Below, piece after piece: positions 8,741 through 19,345 of a stretch of 64,000 nucleotides of DNA (positions within the stretch are counted from its first letter, which is position 1; each line of letters begins with the position of its first letter). The translations under genes and the position numbers were made by a program. The DNA is taken from assembly GCA_026003475.1 (NCBI GenBank), contig BPHJ01000001.1, positions 741,189-805,188 of the forward strand. Direction: 5' to 3'. The notes beneath the pieces are model-generated. The model was not told where the DNA came from and ran no database searches. It saw nothing but the letters and a program-made list of their open reading frames with translations. This DNA comes from Candidatus Kapaibacterium sp. (GTDB taxonomy: Bacteria; Bacteroidota; Ignavibacteria; Kapaibacteriales; NICIL-2).

Positions 8741-9636
8741 TCTGCCGTTTTCGGGTGCATAATCCCGAATTGCTCCAGGAGCTGCAGGATGCGCTGCTTG
8801 CTTTGCGGTTGGAGTGGTACCAGTGGTAGGCGATAGACTTCCTCGATCATGCCCATCTGCGCGAGGATGAACTTGACCGGAATTGGGTTCGGTTCGATAA
8901 AGTTTGCTTGCATCAAGGGAAGAAGTTCCAGCAGTATTGCCCGTGCAGTCTGATAGTCACCGCTGAGAGCAGCACGAACACCATCCCCAAAACGTCCCGG
9001 GAGGTAGTTCGAAATCACCGATATCACGCCTTGTGCACCGCAGGCGATCGCTGGCAGGGTGAGTGCATCGTCGCCACTGTAGAGAGCAAAGTAGGGTGGT
9101 GCATCACGGAGAATTGCTTGCATCTGTTCGAGGTCCCCAGAAGCTTCCTTGGTGCCGATGATGCGTTCGGAGAGGACTGCAACTTCGAGCTGTGTCTGAG
9201 GCAGCATGTTGACACCGGTCCTTCCCGGAACGTTGTAGATGATGATGCGTGCATCAGTTTCGCGAATCAGTGCTCGGTAGTGTTCGACCAACCCACGCTG
9301 GCTGGGTTTGTTGTAGTAGGGCGTGACCACCAACACGGCATCTGCGCCAAGCTCTATTGCCCGGTTGGTAAGTTCGATTGTGGTGCGTGTGTCGTTGGTA
9401 CCAGTCCCTGCAATGACCGGCGCGCGCTTGCGCGCAACACTCAGCGTTGATTCGATGACACTGAGCCGCTCAGCCATCGTCATGGTTGCCGATTCTCCGG
9501 TTGAACCGCAGGGCACCAGTGCTTCGATACCGTGTGCGATCTGAAATTCAACCAAGCGTTCGAGTGTGGCTCCATCAATGCGCCCATCCGGCTGAAATGG
9601 GGTTACCAGTGCTGTGGCTGTGCCGCGAAAAAGCAT
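8737..9636 (-). CDS. dapA: 4-hydroxy-tetrahydrodipicolinate synthase
   Basis: TALVTPF, CGSTGES, PYYNKP, YNVPGRTG, KEASG, SGDD, NPIPVK. Confidence 0.96.
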   Translation of the reverse strand: MLFRGTATALVTPFQPDGRIDGATLERLVEFQIAHGIEALVPCGSTGESATMTMAERLSVIESTLSVARKRAPVIAGTGTNDTRTTIELTNRAIELGADAVLVVTPYYNKPSQRGLVEHYRALIRETDARIIIYNVPGRTGVNMLPQTQLEVAVLSERIIGTKEASGDLEQMQAILRDAPPYFALYSGDDALTLPAIACGAQGVISVISNYLPGRFGDGVRAALSGDYQTARAILLELLPLMQANFIEPNPIPVKFILAQMGMIEEVYRLPLVPLQPQSKQRILQLLEQFGIMHPKTAD

Positions 9637-9663
9637 GTTGTCATCCCAATCGTGTGAAACAAG

Positions 9664-11502
9664 CTATGGCGTTTGGTTGGTCAGTTGGATGCGCAGCTCG
9701 TTCAAGCGCTTGATTTGTTGGAGCAACTCCACGTTGTCTGGCTGCTGCTGGAGCTGTTTGGTCAACTCCTCTATGCGGTGTTTGAGGCGCCGCTCCTCGA
9801 GTTTCCCAAGTGCATCGTCGAGTAATCGCCGAAGGTGCCGGTCGCGATCGAGCTCAATACCATGGTCAGACCAACGCGGACTGGGAAACTCGTGTGTGAA
9901 GATAAGCCATTCGGCTAATGTTCGCACATGGTCTGGGATATTCAAGTCTGGAAGCGCACTTCCTGGTGGTCGCTGGCTGCTATCGGTCTGGAGTTGCTCC
10001 GCGACCGCTTCGAGTAGCTGCCGGGCACTTGCTGTGGGCAAGGTTGCGGGATCGAAGACGTACTCATCGAACAACGTCTGCGCAGCGTTGCGGGAGAGCA
10101 GTACTGCTTTGAGCAGTTCTACTTCTTCCGGCAGAATCGGTGCAGGTGGTGGTGGAGTGGTTGGTGGTTCGGAATGCTTGGGTGACGGTACCCGCTGGTT
10201 CCGCTGCGGTTGGTGGACACGGTGGGCGGGAGTGGTTCGTTGGAGCAAATCAACAGGTATTCCAACGCGATCGGAGAGCTCGCGAAGTAAGAGCACGCGG
10301 TAGATGGAGTCAGGGACAGGAGCGAGCATCTCAGCCAAGGCGCGAATTTGCTGCGTGGCGATGTCGGGGCGCGACCAATCATTTGTCCGTTTGCTCCAAG
10401 CAACCAAGAACTCTATAGGGGAAAGGCGTTTGCTAAGCTGCTGCCGCGCAATTTCTACTCCGCGCGTACGGACGAGACTATCGGGGTCTTCTCCTTCGGG
10501 CAATATCACAACATCTACACTCATCCCGCTGCGCAGAGCAAGGCCGACGGCACGGTGAGCGGCGTTCCACCCGGCAGTATCTCCATCGAAGACGAGCACG
10601 ACACGCTTGGTCAGCCGTCGCAGAATCTCGATGTGTTGCTCTGTCAGCGCTGTACCGCTGGTTGCGACGCAATGCTCAATGCCAGCAGCATGGAGCGCGA
10701 TTACATCCATGTACCCTTCGACGATAACAGCGTGCTGCTCATGGACGATCTTGTGGCGAGCAAGATGCAGTCCGTAGAACGTGGCGCTCTTATCGTACAC
10801 CGCGGTCTGCGGAGAATTGATGTACTTGGGTTCGTTGGGATCGTTGCTGAGTGTGCGAGCACCAAAACCGATAACGTTTCCAGCAGTGTTCCAGATGGGG
10901 AACATCACCCGATTGCGGAAGCGGTCATACTGGCTCCCGTCGTCCCGTATCGCGACAAGTCCCGCATCACGGAGCACATCTATTGCGAATCCCTGTGCGC
11001 TGAGTGCGTCGCCCAGCGCTGTCCACGATGGTGGTGCAGCGCCAAGCTGAAAGCGCTCTACCATCGCCTGACTTAGTCCACGGTCATGGATGAAGCGTTG
11101 TGCTGCAACGTGCTTTTCGAGTTGACTTCGGTAGTAATCCCGCGCTGCTTCTAACGCCCGAATAAGCTGCCGCCGATGTTCATCTGCTGGCGAAGGCGCT
11201 TGCTCTGCACCTTCTGGAATGGCTATGCCAACCGACGAGGCAACTGTTCTGACCGCCTCGAGAAAGCTCAGCCCGTTGTACTCCTGCAGGAACGTGAATA
11301 CATCGCCGCTTTTCCCGCAACCAAAGCACTTGTAGATGCCAAGCTCCGGGCTAACATTGAACGAGGGTGTCTTCTCTGTGTGGAATGGGCAGAGTCCGAC
11401 GAAATTCTTCCCGCGCTGGCGAAGGTGGACGTACTGGCCGATCACGCTGACGATGTCGGCACGGTCGCGGATTTCCGAAATGATGTCGCTCGGAATGGGC
11501 AT
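9664..11502 (-). CDS. dnaG: DNA primase
   Basis: CHC2 zinc finger CPFHTEKTPSF...CFGC, DRFRNRVMFPI, PKYINSP, TOPRIM VEGYMD/FDGD, GEDPD. Confidence 0.97.
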   Translation of the reverse strand: MPIPSDIISEIRDRADIVSVIGQYVHLRQRGKNFVGLCPFHTEKTPSFNVSPELGIYKCFGCGKSGDVFTFLQEYNGLSFLEAVRTVASSVGIAIPEGAEQAPSPADEHRRQLIRALEAARDYYRSQLEKHVAAQRFIHDRGLSQAMVERFQLGAAPPSWTALGDALSAQGFAIDVLRDAGLVAIRDDGSQYDRFRNRVMFPIWNTAGNVIGFGARTLSNDPNEPKYINSPQTAVYDKSATFYGLHLARHKIVHEQHAVIVEGYMDVIALHAAGIEHCVATSGTALTEQHIEILRRLTKRVVLVFDGDTAGWNAAHRAVGLALRSGMSVDVVILPEGEDPDSLVRTRGVEIARQQLSKRLSPIEFLVAWSKRTNDWSRPDIATQQIRALAEMLAPVPDSIYRVLLLRELSDRVGIPVDLLQRTTPAHRVHQPQRNQRVPSPKHSEPPTTPPPPAPILPEEVELLKAVLLSRNAAQTLFDEYVFDPATLPTASARQLLEAVAEQLQTDSSQRPPGSALPDLNIPDHVRTLAEWLIFTHEFPSPRWSDHGIELDRDRHLRRLLDDALGKLEERRLKHRIEELTKQLQQQPDNVELLQQIKRLNELRIQLTNQTP

Positions 11503-11589
11503 CGGAAATGGGATTCAATCAACCGTGCAAAAATCGGTAGAGAGAATGTTTCTGCAAGTATCCGGACAGGTGTCCTGCAATGAACGCAC

Positions 11590-12111
11590 TTAGCAAGTAA
11601 TGCAGAAATTGGTTCTGCAAACGGGCTGGTCTCGAACGGTATCGGCTAACGCTGCTATCGTTTGCTGGGCCTGTGGGTGAATCCAAGAAGGAACAATATC
11701 GCTGGCGGGAATCAGCACAAAGGCGCGCTCGATTGTCTGGGGATGGGGAATCACCAATTGGGGATGCTCGATCACGTTGTCTCCGTAGAGGATGATGTCA
11801 ATGTCAATTTCACGTTCGTGCCAGCGTGGACGGGGGCGACGTCCCAACCTACGTTCGAGGTCCTTGAGGTGGCTGTGCAAAACGAAGGGATCAAGACTGG
11901 TCAGCCCAGCAATGCAACAATTGAGGAATCGTGGCTGATTGTGGTAACCAACTGGCTCAGTTTCATAAACGGGTGAGCATCGCATGGAGCACAACAAGCC
12001 ATCGGCACGAATCGAACGCACCGCAGCATCGAGTTGGGCAAGACGATCGCCAAGATTGCTGCCCAAACTGAGCAAGACGGGTGTGACTACTGTTGCCGAT
12101 GGGCGCGCCAT
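11590..12111 (-). CDS. folK: 2-amino-4-hydroxy-6-hydroxymethyldihydropteridine diphosphokinase
   Basis: LSLGSNLGDR, SPVYETEP, REIDIDII, IPHP, RAFVLIP. Confidence 0.95.
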   Translation of the reverse strand: MARPSATVVTPVLLSLGSNLGDRLAQLDAAVRSIRADGLLCSMRCSPVYETEPVGYHNQPRFLNCCIAGLTSLDPFVLHSHLKDLERRLGRRPRPRWHEREIDIDIILYGDNVIEHPQLVIPHPQTIERAFVLIPASDIVPSWIHPQAQQTIAALADTVRDQPVCRTNFCITC

Positions 12112-12464
12112 TCAACCTCGACGGAATCTACCATGACACCCACCGGTACCGTTCGTTTTCGAACTCGGAGACAGACCGATTCGGCCAGTGGAAACCGATG
12201 GAGAATTGCTCGGGCAAGGTCGGCCGCCAGCGTTTCGATCAAGCGTCGGCGTTTGCTATTGGCAATCTCGTTGATACAGGTAATGACGTCGGCGTAATTG
12301 AGTGCATCACCAAGATCATCTCCACTGGCAGCACGATGTGCATCATAGTACAGCTCGACGTCAATTTCGTAGCGACCGCCGAGTTGCTGTTCTTCCGAGG
12401 AGACGCCGTGGTACGAGTAGAGCTGAATGTTGTTGATTGTCAGTTTGACTAGTGAACCCATCAT
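12087..12464 (-). CDS. folB: Dihydroneopterin aldolase
   Basis: YHGVSSEEQQLG, DDLGDALNY, LIETLA, VRK; adjacent to folK. Confidence 0.93.
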   Translation of the reverse strand: MMGSLVKLTINNIQLYSYHGVSSEEQQLGGRYEIDVELYYDAHRAASGDDLGDALNYADVITCINEIANSKRRRLIETLAADLARAILHRFPLAESVCLRVRKRTVPVGVMVDSVEVEWRAHRQQ

Positions 12465-14245
12465 GGCAATGGTGGCTCAGGAGGAGAAGTGGATGTAAGT
12501 GTGGTTGATCGATCCAAGAGTAAAGCGTGAACTGATGCTGAATCACGGCATTGAAGCGCTTGTTCGACGAGTGCTCGAGCCTGTCCGGAATCAACCGTCG
12601 GAATTCTACGCTTCAGCGCGGAAATGTAACTGGGAGCAACGCTGAACGCCCGAATGCCAAGCCCGATGAGCAATTCGGTTGCGGATAGAAACGTTGCCAA
12701 GTCTCCGCAGAGTTCGAGTTCGATTCCGTGGCGCTGCGCGATGCGAGCCACATGGTCAACCAACCGCAATACTGCTGGGTTAAGTTGGTCGAAAATATGC
12801 GCTACCAGATCGCTTGTTCGATCAGCAGCAAGCGTGTATTGGGTCAGGTCGTTGGTGCCGATGCTGAAAAACTGCACCTGTCCGGCAAAATGCTCTGCGA
12901 GCAGTGCAGCAGCCGGTGTTTCGATCATCACGCCCAGTGGGAGGTGCTCATCGAACGGTTCGTTGGTGTTTGCCAGCTCCGACTTGATGGTTGCAAGCAG
13001 GTCGAATGTTGCTGTAAGTTCTTCGACGGATGTAATCATCGGGAGCAGAAGGCGTACGTTTCGATGCTCCGATGCCCGAAGTATCGCGCGAAGTTGTGTG
13101 CGATACAGGTCCTGCCGACGAAGGAGAAAGCGAATGCCACGAAGCCCAAGTGCAGGATTGGCTTCATGGGGCATGCCGTGGATGAACTTATCGCTCCCAA
13201 CGTCGAACACTCTCAAGGTCACTGGCTTGGGATACGCACGCTCGGCGAGCATAGTGTACCACTGGTATTGCTCCTGCTCTGTGGGAAAATGCTGCAATCG
13301 CACAAGGAGCATTTCTGTTCGGACCAATCCGATACCATCGGCACCATGGCTGAGCGCTGGGGGCACTTCGTCGGGTGAATCCACCGATGCATATACCGGA
13401 ATGGTGATACCGTCAGCGGTTGCAACAGGTGCACTCGGAACGGGGTGCCGTTGCAGTGATACCTGCTCACGTTGCAATGAACAGTAGTGCGCTGCTGTTT
13501 GTTCGTTCGGCTGTGCGATGACCGTCCCGCGAGAACCGTCCACAATAACCGTTCTGCCGTGCGGTATGATCATCGTTGCATTGCGAACGCCAATGACCGC
13601 CGGAATCCCCAAGGTTCGAGCAACGATGCAGGCATGCGATGTGATGCCACCAACTTCCGTCACAATGCCAATGGCACCGTTGGTATGGTAGTTGACAACA
13701 TCGGTTGCCAACAGCGATGGAGCAACAACGATCGCACCCTGGACGTGTTCAACCTGTTGCTCTGGGATCAAGAGCAACTCCAGAAATTTTTGACGGAGAT
13801 TCTCCAAGTCGTAGCGGCGATCTCGCAGGAACGAGTCCGTCGCAGTAGCCAATGCGTGGATATGCGCATCGTAGGCAGTGCTGACAGCAACTTCTGCGGG
13901 CATTCCGTCGCGTTGAATGCGCGTGTAAATCGCTTCGTCGAGCGCTGGATCAGTTGCGATCAGCTCATAGGCTTCAATGATAGCATGGGTATCCCGCAGC
14001 AGGAAGGATGTTGCTGTCAGGCTTTCTCGGATCGATGCGAGCAGAAGGTCCCGCGCCTTCTGGTAGCGTTCTACTTCAGCACTGCGGTCGCTGGGAGCTA
14101 CCACTTGCCATTGCAACAACCGACGATGCAAAGGAGCAAGAACAACCGCTGGTCCGATCGCTATGCCCCGGGATGCAGCACTGCCTTGGAGGCGCAGCTC
14201 CAGTACGGCAGCACGGGAATCACCTGGATCGCTATCAGCACTCAC
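12461..14245 (-). CDS. ptsI: PTS enzyme I (phosphoenolpyruvate-protein phosphotransferase)
   Basis: GGITSHACI (phospho-His), GIGLVRTE, EANPALGLRGIR, MIETPAA, SIGTNDLTQY, CGD. Confidence 0.95.
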   Translation of the reverse strand: MSADSDPGDSRAAVLELRLQGSAASRGIAIGPAVVLAPLHRRLLQWQVVAPSDRSAEVERYQKARDLLLASIRESLTATSFLLRDTHAIIEAYELIATDPALDEAIYTRIQRDGMPAEVAVSTAYDAHIHALATATDSFLRDRRYDLENLRQKFLELLLIPEQQVEHVQGAIVVAPSLLATDVVNYHTNGAIGIVTEVGGITSHACIVARTLGIPAVIGVRNATMIIPHGRTVIVDGSRGTVIAQPNEQTAAHYCSLQREQVSLQRHPVPSAPVATADGITIPVYASVDSPDEVPPALSHGADGIGLVRTEMLLVRLQHFPTEQEQYQWYTMLAERAYPKPVTLRVFDVGSDKFIHGMPHEANPALGLRGIRFLLRRQDLYRTQLRAILRASEHRNVRLLLPMITSVEELTATFDLLATIKSELANTNEPFDEHLPLGVMIETPAAALLAEHFAGQVQFFSIGTNDLTQYTLAADRTSDLVAHIFDQLNPAVLRLVDHVARIAQRHGIELELCGDLATFLSATELLIGLGIRAFSVAPSYISALKRRIPTVDSGQARALVEQALQCRDSASVHALLLDRSTTLTSTSPPEPPLP

Positions 14246-14383
14246 GGAATCTGTGCGAACAGTGGGACTGATCGTTTGTCGCTACCAAGCCGAATATAGG
14301 GACTGTTGGTTATTGCTCGTCGGTGTGTCGAGCTGCGCTCATGGTCGGGCACGTGTTGGTTGGATCACATCGAGCACAAGACC

Positions 14384-14656
14384 TTAGATGGGTTCACCGA
14401 AACCGTTTTCGAATAATTCAGCAATTGCGCGTGCTGCTTCCTCCTCGTCCGGTCCAGAGACGATCAGTTTCAGCGTTGTTCCTTGGGCTGCGGCTAAGGT
14501 CATGACACCGATGATGCTCTTTGCATTGATGCGCATGTGGTCTTCGCTTTCGAGAAAGATGTCGGACCGATACTGTGCTGCGAGTTTGACGATCATTGCC
14601 GCCGGTCGGGTATGCAAACCTGCCCGATTACGAACGAGGACAGTGCGTTCAACCAT
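14384..14656 (-). CDS. ptsH: Phosphocarrier protein HPr
   Basis: GLHTRPA (His15), NAKSIIGVMTL (Ser46), GPDEEEA. Start 14656 or 14671. Confidence 0.95.
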   Translation of the reverse strand: MVERTVLVRNRAGLHTRPAAMIVKLAAQYRSDIFLESEDHMRINAKSIIGVMTLAAAQGTTLKLIVSGPDEEEAARAIAELFENGFGEPI

Positions 14657-14667
14657 GGTGCATTCCA

Positions 14668-15675
14668 TCATGAGTCATTCGAAGGAAGTCTGTTGGAATA
14701 GTCAGTAGGTGGATTACGGGTAGTGGTATGGGTAGATGTAGCAGCTTTCTGTAAGCGATTCATCAACGCAGCATTCGAACGAATATCCTCGGTGACGAGC
14801 ACATAGAGTGCCGTGCGCCCCTCGCGTTCGGCGCGACGAAATTCATCGTAGAGCGTTGCTGGTTGCAATGGTCTAACCACAAACCGACCATCGAGTGGTT
14901 GAGTTGCCAACACGACGATATTTGCATCAGTGCTCTGGGGTAATTGGTCTGGTGACTCGAGCAAAATTACGGGTATGGCGGGTGCGTAGTGGCGGTATTT
15001 CATTCCTGGTGCGCATGGTGTCTCGGCACTCGATGGTCCTAACAGTGGCGGTTCGAATCCCAAGACCGTTGCTAAATCTGCTGCCGTGATTGCTCCCGGA
15101 CGGGCGATGGTGATATCCCCGACCAGAAGTAACACCGTGGATTCAATCCCAATCGGACAAGGTCCAGCATCGAGTACTGCTGCGATGTGTCCGTCGAGGT
15201 CTTCGAGGACGTGCGCTGCGCACGTTGGGCTTGGACGCCCAGAGCGATTCGCCGATGGTGCAACCAAGGGCGTACCAACGTGAGCGATCAATTGTCGCGT
15301 CACCGAGGGCGACGGAATGCGGACGGCAACGGTCGGAAGTCCGGCGCTAATGAGCGCAGGAACATCTTGGCGTCTTTTGAGCACAAGGGTCAATGGTCCC
15401 GGTGCGAAGCGCTCCAGCAGTTGCCATGCTATCGGTGGTATGTCGGTGGCGACCAGTTCAATCTCCTCTGGCGCTTGGCAATGAACAATGAGCGGATTGT
15501 CGAGTGGACGCCCTTTGACGCAGAAAATCTCAGCAATAGCTGTCGCATCATCTGCGCATGCTGCTAAGCCATAGACCGTTTCCGTTGGTATAGCAACAAG
15601 CTTTCCTGCGCGCAGTAGGGCTCCAGCAGTGGCAACATCAGCAGGATTGGAAGCATCGAGCCGAAGAGTTTTCAT
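14668..15675 (-). CDS. sua5: L-threonylcarbamoyladenylate synthase, Sua5 type (YrdC plus Sua5 domain)
   Basis: PTETVYGL, KGRPLDNPLIVH, APSANRSG, GIESTV, APGMKYRHYAP linker. Confidence 0.93.
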   Translation of the reverse strand: MKTLRLDASNPADVATAGALLRAGKLVAIPTETVYGLAACADDATAIAEIFCVKGRPLDNPLIVHCQAPEEIELVATDIPPIAWQLLERFAPGPLTLVLKRRQDVPALISAGLPTVAVRIPSPSVTRQLIAHVGTPLVAPSANRSGRPSPTCAAHVLEDLDGHIAAVLDAGPCPIGIESTVLLLVGDITIARPGAITAADLATVLGFEPPLLGPSSAETPCAPGMKYRHYAPAIPVILLESPDQLPQSTDANIVVLATQPLDGRFVVRPLQPATLYDEFRRAEREGRTALYVLVTEDIRSNAALMNRLQKAATSTHTTTRNPPTDYSNRLPSNDS

Positions 15676-15688
15676 GGGTCAACGCTGC

Positions 15689-17497
15689 TTACCATGCAAA
15701 CCAGACATGTTTCAGGACTGGACGTGCCATCGGGTCGAGAGGATAATTCCGCACGTACGGATGGAGCAATCGGTAGTGGTGTTCGTAGAAGAGCATTGCT
15801 GCTGGTGCATCGTGCATGATGAGCTGTTCCGCTGCAGCATACAACCGAAGGCGCTGTGCCGGATCGGTCTGCATTGTTGCGCGTTGGATAAGTTCGGAAA
15901 CTGTTTGGTTGCGGTAGCGAGTGCTGTTGGGATAGCTTGGTGCGGTGAGGTCATCAGGTACATAGCGTCCGTCGAAAAGGCTCAAGAAATTTTCGACGTC
16001 TGGGTAATCGCCATACCACCGCGTTCCCCACAGGATGAACTGTCCCCGTTCAGCCATATCGAGGAATTGCGCCAGTTGGACAATTTCGATGCGGATCGTG
16101 ATGCCAAGCTGTTCTTCGAGCATGCCTTGAATGGCTTCGGCAACTTGCAGCAATCGTGGTTCGGGATACACGTGGAGCACCAGTTCACGATTACCCTGTT
16201 TGTAGAATGTTGTTTGAGAAAGTAGCTGCCGTGCTCGTGCAGGATCATAATGGTAACCTTCGATGTGCTCAATCCTGTAACCAGGCATTGCTGGCGGTGT
16301 AACACCGTGTTCGGCGGGCATGAAGGGTGAATTCCGCAGTACAAACCGAACAATCCGCTGACGATCGAGTGCCCACGAAATCGCTTGGCGAAGGCGCTTG
16401 TCGGAAAATGGAGATACTGCACAATTGAAGTCAATAAACCACGTGAGCAGTGCGGGACACTGCTGAAGCACGATTCCTTTATCCAGACGAAGTCTCTTGG
16501 ATTCTGGCTCGACGATCATGTCGAATAGTTCGGTCGGGATGGACTGCGACTCATCGAGTTGTCCGTCGAGGAATTGTCGGATTTGCACTTTGTCGTCCTT
16601 GACAAAGGAGATGAACACCGAGTCCACATAGGGAAGGCGGTTACCGTAGCGGTCGTGTTGCCAGTAGTGCTCATTCCGCACAAGGAGCATACCGTAGTCG
16701 TCCTTCCACCACGCAAAGCGGAATGGACCTGTTCCGACCGGATGTCGAAAGAAATTCTCGCCGTAGTACTCGACTGCCTCGTGGGGCACGACGCACCCGA
16801 GAGCATTCGCAAGCTGGAGTAAAAATGGTGCGTAGGGGCGCTCCAGTTCGATGCAGACCGTGGAATCATCGAGTGCTCGGATACCCTCAACACCACCAAT
16901 GCGTTGGTCGCCGCGCATGCGAGCAGTGTAGTAGGCAGTTGCACCGCGAACCTTGTCCTTGAATACCCAAAATGCAGTGGTACGTGCTCCAGGATCGCAG
17001 GCACGGGTGAGAGAATAAACTACATCCTGAGCGGTCATGCGACGTCCGACACCACCGGGGAAGCAGGGATCGTTGTGAAATCGAACATCAGTCCGGAGAT
17101 GAAACACATATCGCCGGCCATCGGCGGAGATTTGCCACGATCGTGCTAACTCCGGTTGGGGACTCAGAACGGAATCGAAGGTAATCAAACGGTCGTACAC
17201 TTGGAGTGCAATGTCGTCGGCAAGCTTGCTGGTGATCAAAACAGGGTCGAGTCCATTCGGATTGCCGCGCAGCATATTGATGCGGTAGGTGCCGCCATAC
17301 CGCATCCCACCATGAGCTGGGCGTAGGGTATGGTAACCAGTGCTCTGCTTGCATGCACTTATCAGGACCTGCAGGACTCCCACCGCAATTGCTACCAACA
17401 ATCGCCGCCTGGTCCACTCGCCAGATCGCCGACGATGGTCAAGCATTCGGCGGTTAGAGCGACCGGAGAATACACTCAGCAAGGCACTAAGCATCAC
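15689..17497 (-). CDS. ABC transporter substrate-binding lipoprotein, family 5 (oligopeptide/nickel type)
   Basis: LARSWQIS, FHLRTDVRFHND, PVGTGPF, LRQAISWALDR, lipobox LISAC. Start may be 17446. Confidence 0.88.
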   Translation of the reverse strand: MMLSALLSVFSGRSNRRMLDHRRRSGEWTRRRLLVAIAVGVLQVLISACKQSTGYHTLRPAHGGMRYGGTYRINMLRGNPNGLDPVLITSKLADDIALQVYDRLITFDSVLSPQPELARSWQISADGRRYVFHLRTDVRFHNDPCFPGGVGRRMTAQDVVYSLTRACDPGARTTAFWVFKDKVRGATAYYTARMRGDQRIGGVEGIRALDDSTVCIELERPYAPFLLQLANALGCVVPHEAVEYYGENFFRHPVGTGPFRFAWWKDDYGMLLVRNEHYWQHDRYGNRLPYVDSVFISFVKDDKVQIRQFLDGQLDESQSIPTELFDMIVEPESKRLRLDKGIVLQQCPALLTWFIDFNCAVSPFSDKRLRQAISWALDRQRIVRFVLRNSPFMPAEHGVTPPAMPGYRIEHIEGYHYDPARARQLLSQTTFYKQGNRELVLHVYPEPRLLQVAEAIQGMLEEQLGITIRIEIVQLAQFLDMAERGQFILWGTRWYGDYPDVENFLSLFDGRYVPDDLTAPSYPNSTRYRNQTVSELIQRATMQTDPAQRLRLYAAAEQLIMHDAPAAMLFYEHHYRLLHPYVRNYPLDPMARPVLKHVWFAW

Positions 17498-18927
17498 ACA
17501 GATGTTGAGGCAGCGATGCGTTGTTCGAGATCAGCCGCAAGACGGAGCAAGAACTCATCCTGGTTGTATGGTGCCTGCAACTGTACGCCGATGGGAAGTC
17601 CATCTGCGGACGTGCCGGCCGGCAGGCTCAGTGCGGGGATGCCGGCAATGTTAGCCGAGACGGTGAGTACGTCGTTGAGATACATCGCCAGTGGATCGCG
17701 GAGCTTTTCGCCGAGTTTGAATGCTGGCGTCGGTGTAGTGGGGAGGAGAATCGCATCGCATTGAGCAAAGATGGTGCGGTAATCCTCGACGATCCAGCGA
17801 CGGGCTTGCTGCGCTTTACGGTAGTACGCATCGTAGTAGCCTGCAGAGAGGACGTAGGTGCCGAGCATAATTCGCCGCTTGACTTCCTGGCCAAACCCAT
17901 TGGTCCGTGTTGCGGTCATCATGTCCTCGTCGTCATCAGCGCGGTAGCCGTAGCGCACACCGTCATAGCGTGCAAGGTTCGATGATGCCTCGGCGGTCGC
18001 CAAGATGTAGTAGGTTGGTATCCATGCTTCGATGGAAGCAAAGCTGATGTCCACAAGTGGATAGTCCACCTCGCGGAGGAGTTCGACAACTTGGTGGTAC
18101 ACCGTGCGTACGTCATCGCTGCAACCATCCAGGATCGTGCTGCCAACAATTCCAATGCACGGGCGCTGCTCATTGGTGCGCAACGGCTCGATCGTTGCTG
18201 AGATAGGTGGAGCCTCCGTACTCGTGCTATCATGCCGATCATGGCCCGATAGGACATAAGCAACGATTGCTGCATCATGCACTGTGCGGGCAATCGGGCC
18301 AATCTGGTCGAGCGATGATGCAAACGCAACCAATCCGTACCGACTAACCCGGCCATACGACGGCTTATAGCCAACAAGACCGCAGAATGCTGCTGGTTGG
18401 CGTATCGAACCGCCCGTGTCCGAGCCGAGTGCGACGTGCGCCATTCGAGCTGCAACAGCAACTGCCGATCCGCCGGATGATCCACCGGGAACGTACTCCG
18501 GATTGTGTGGATTGCGGACGCTGCCGAAAAACGAATTCTCGTTCGACGACCCCATCGCAAATTCATCGAGATTGGTTTTGCCGATGATAATTGCCCCAGC
18601 ATCCCGAAGGCGCGCAACAACGGTTGCATCATAGGTAGGCACAAAGTGCTCCAACATTCGCGATGCGCAGGTCGTCCGAATGCCGCGGGTGGAGATGTTG
18701 TCCTTGATTGCGACGATCATTCCTTCCAGAAGGCGTGGCGATCCTTGCTGGAAGCGCTTGTCGGACTCGGCTGCAGCAGTGCGGGCTTGATCGGGGCATA
18801 CGGTGATGAATGCGCCCAAGTGCTGCAGCTCTTCGATGCGTGCCAAAGCACGCTCGACTTCTTCACTGCAGGATGTTCTCCCGCTAAGAAGATCGTGGCG
18901 AAAATGCTGATAGCTTTCCGATACCAT
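17494..18927 (-). CDS. gatA: Asp/Glu-tRNA amidotransferase subunit A
   Basis: KDNI, GKTNLDEFAMGSS, GGSSGGSA, GSDTGGSIRQPA, SSNLARYDG, EVKRRIMLGTYVLS. Start moved to ATG 18927. Confidence 0.95.
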   Translation of the reverse strand: MVSESYQHFRHDLLSGRTSCSEEVERALARIEELQHLGAFITVCPDQARTAAAESDKRFQQGSPRLLEGMIVAIKDNISTRGIRTTCASRMLEHFVPTYDATVVARLRDAGAIIIGKTNLDEFAMGSSNENSFFGSVRNPHNPEYVPGGSSGGSAVAVAARMAHVALGSDTGGSIRQPAAFCGLVGYKPSYGRVSRYGLVAFASSLDQIGPIARTVHDAAIVAYVLSGHDRHDSTSTEAPPISATIEPLRTNEQRPCIGIVGSTILDGCSDDVRTVYHQVVELLREVDYPLVDISFASIEAWIPTYYILATAEASSNLARYDGVRYGYRADDDEDMMTATRTNGFGQEVKRRIMLGTYVLSAGYYDAYYRKAQQARRWIVEDYRTIFAQCDAILLPTTPTPAFKLGEKLRDPLAMYLNDVLTVSANIAGIPALSLPAGTSADGLPIGVQLQAPYNQDEFLLRLAADLEQRIAASTSV

Positions 18928-19057
18928 CGCTTGGTAAACCTGGAGATGTTTCACACAACGACACGATTCCCCACCGGACCGGAGGGAATGGGAATGCAAC
19001 GGAGGACCAGCTTGCCAGTAAGCGGAAGGGAGAGTGCAGCATCGCTCCGTTGGTTGA

Positions 19058-19342
19058 TCAAGGTTTCGATTGGTCGAGATGTTCAGTGGCGGCGCTTGTG
19101 TCAGCCGGCAGGCGCGCCATTGTCTGGCGCAGGTGCTCGGCTTCGGCTGCAAGCGGTTGCACCTGTTCGCTCACTGTCGTATTGATCTGGCGTACCTGCT
19201 CGACGAGTTCTTCCTGTGCGCGACGGACCTTCTGGACACCTTTTCCGATGAGCTGCGCAACCTCCGGAATTTTTTTCGGGCCGAACAGGATCAATACGAC
19301 CAGTACGATGAGCAAAAGCTCGCCACCACCGATGTCGAACAT
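19058..19342 (-). CDS. tatB: Twin-arginine translocase TatA/TatB family subunit (TatB-like)
   Basis: MFDIGGGELLLI...LFGPKKIPEVAQLIGK, TM helix plus amphipathic helix. Confidence 0.8.
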   Translation of the reverse strand: MFDIGGGELLLIVLVVLILFGPKKIPEVAQLIGKGVQKVRRAQEELVEQVRQINTTVSEQVQPLAAEAEHLRQTMARLPADTSAATEHLDQSKP

Positions 19343-19345
19343 TGC

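Noticed and set aside
18928-19152. 75-codon in-frame upstream extension of gatA, or a hidden gatC
   Set aside because: The extension has no amidase similarity and overlaps tatB; the 130-bp gap is too short for gatC.
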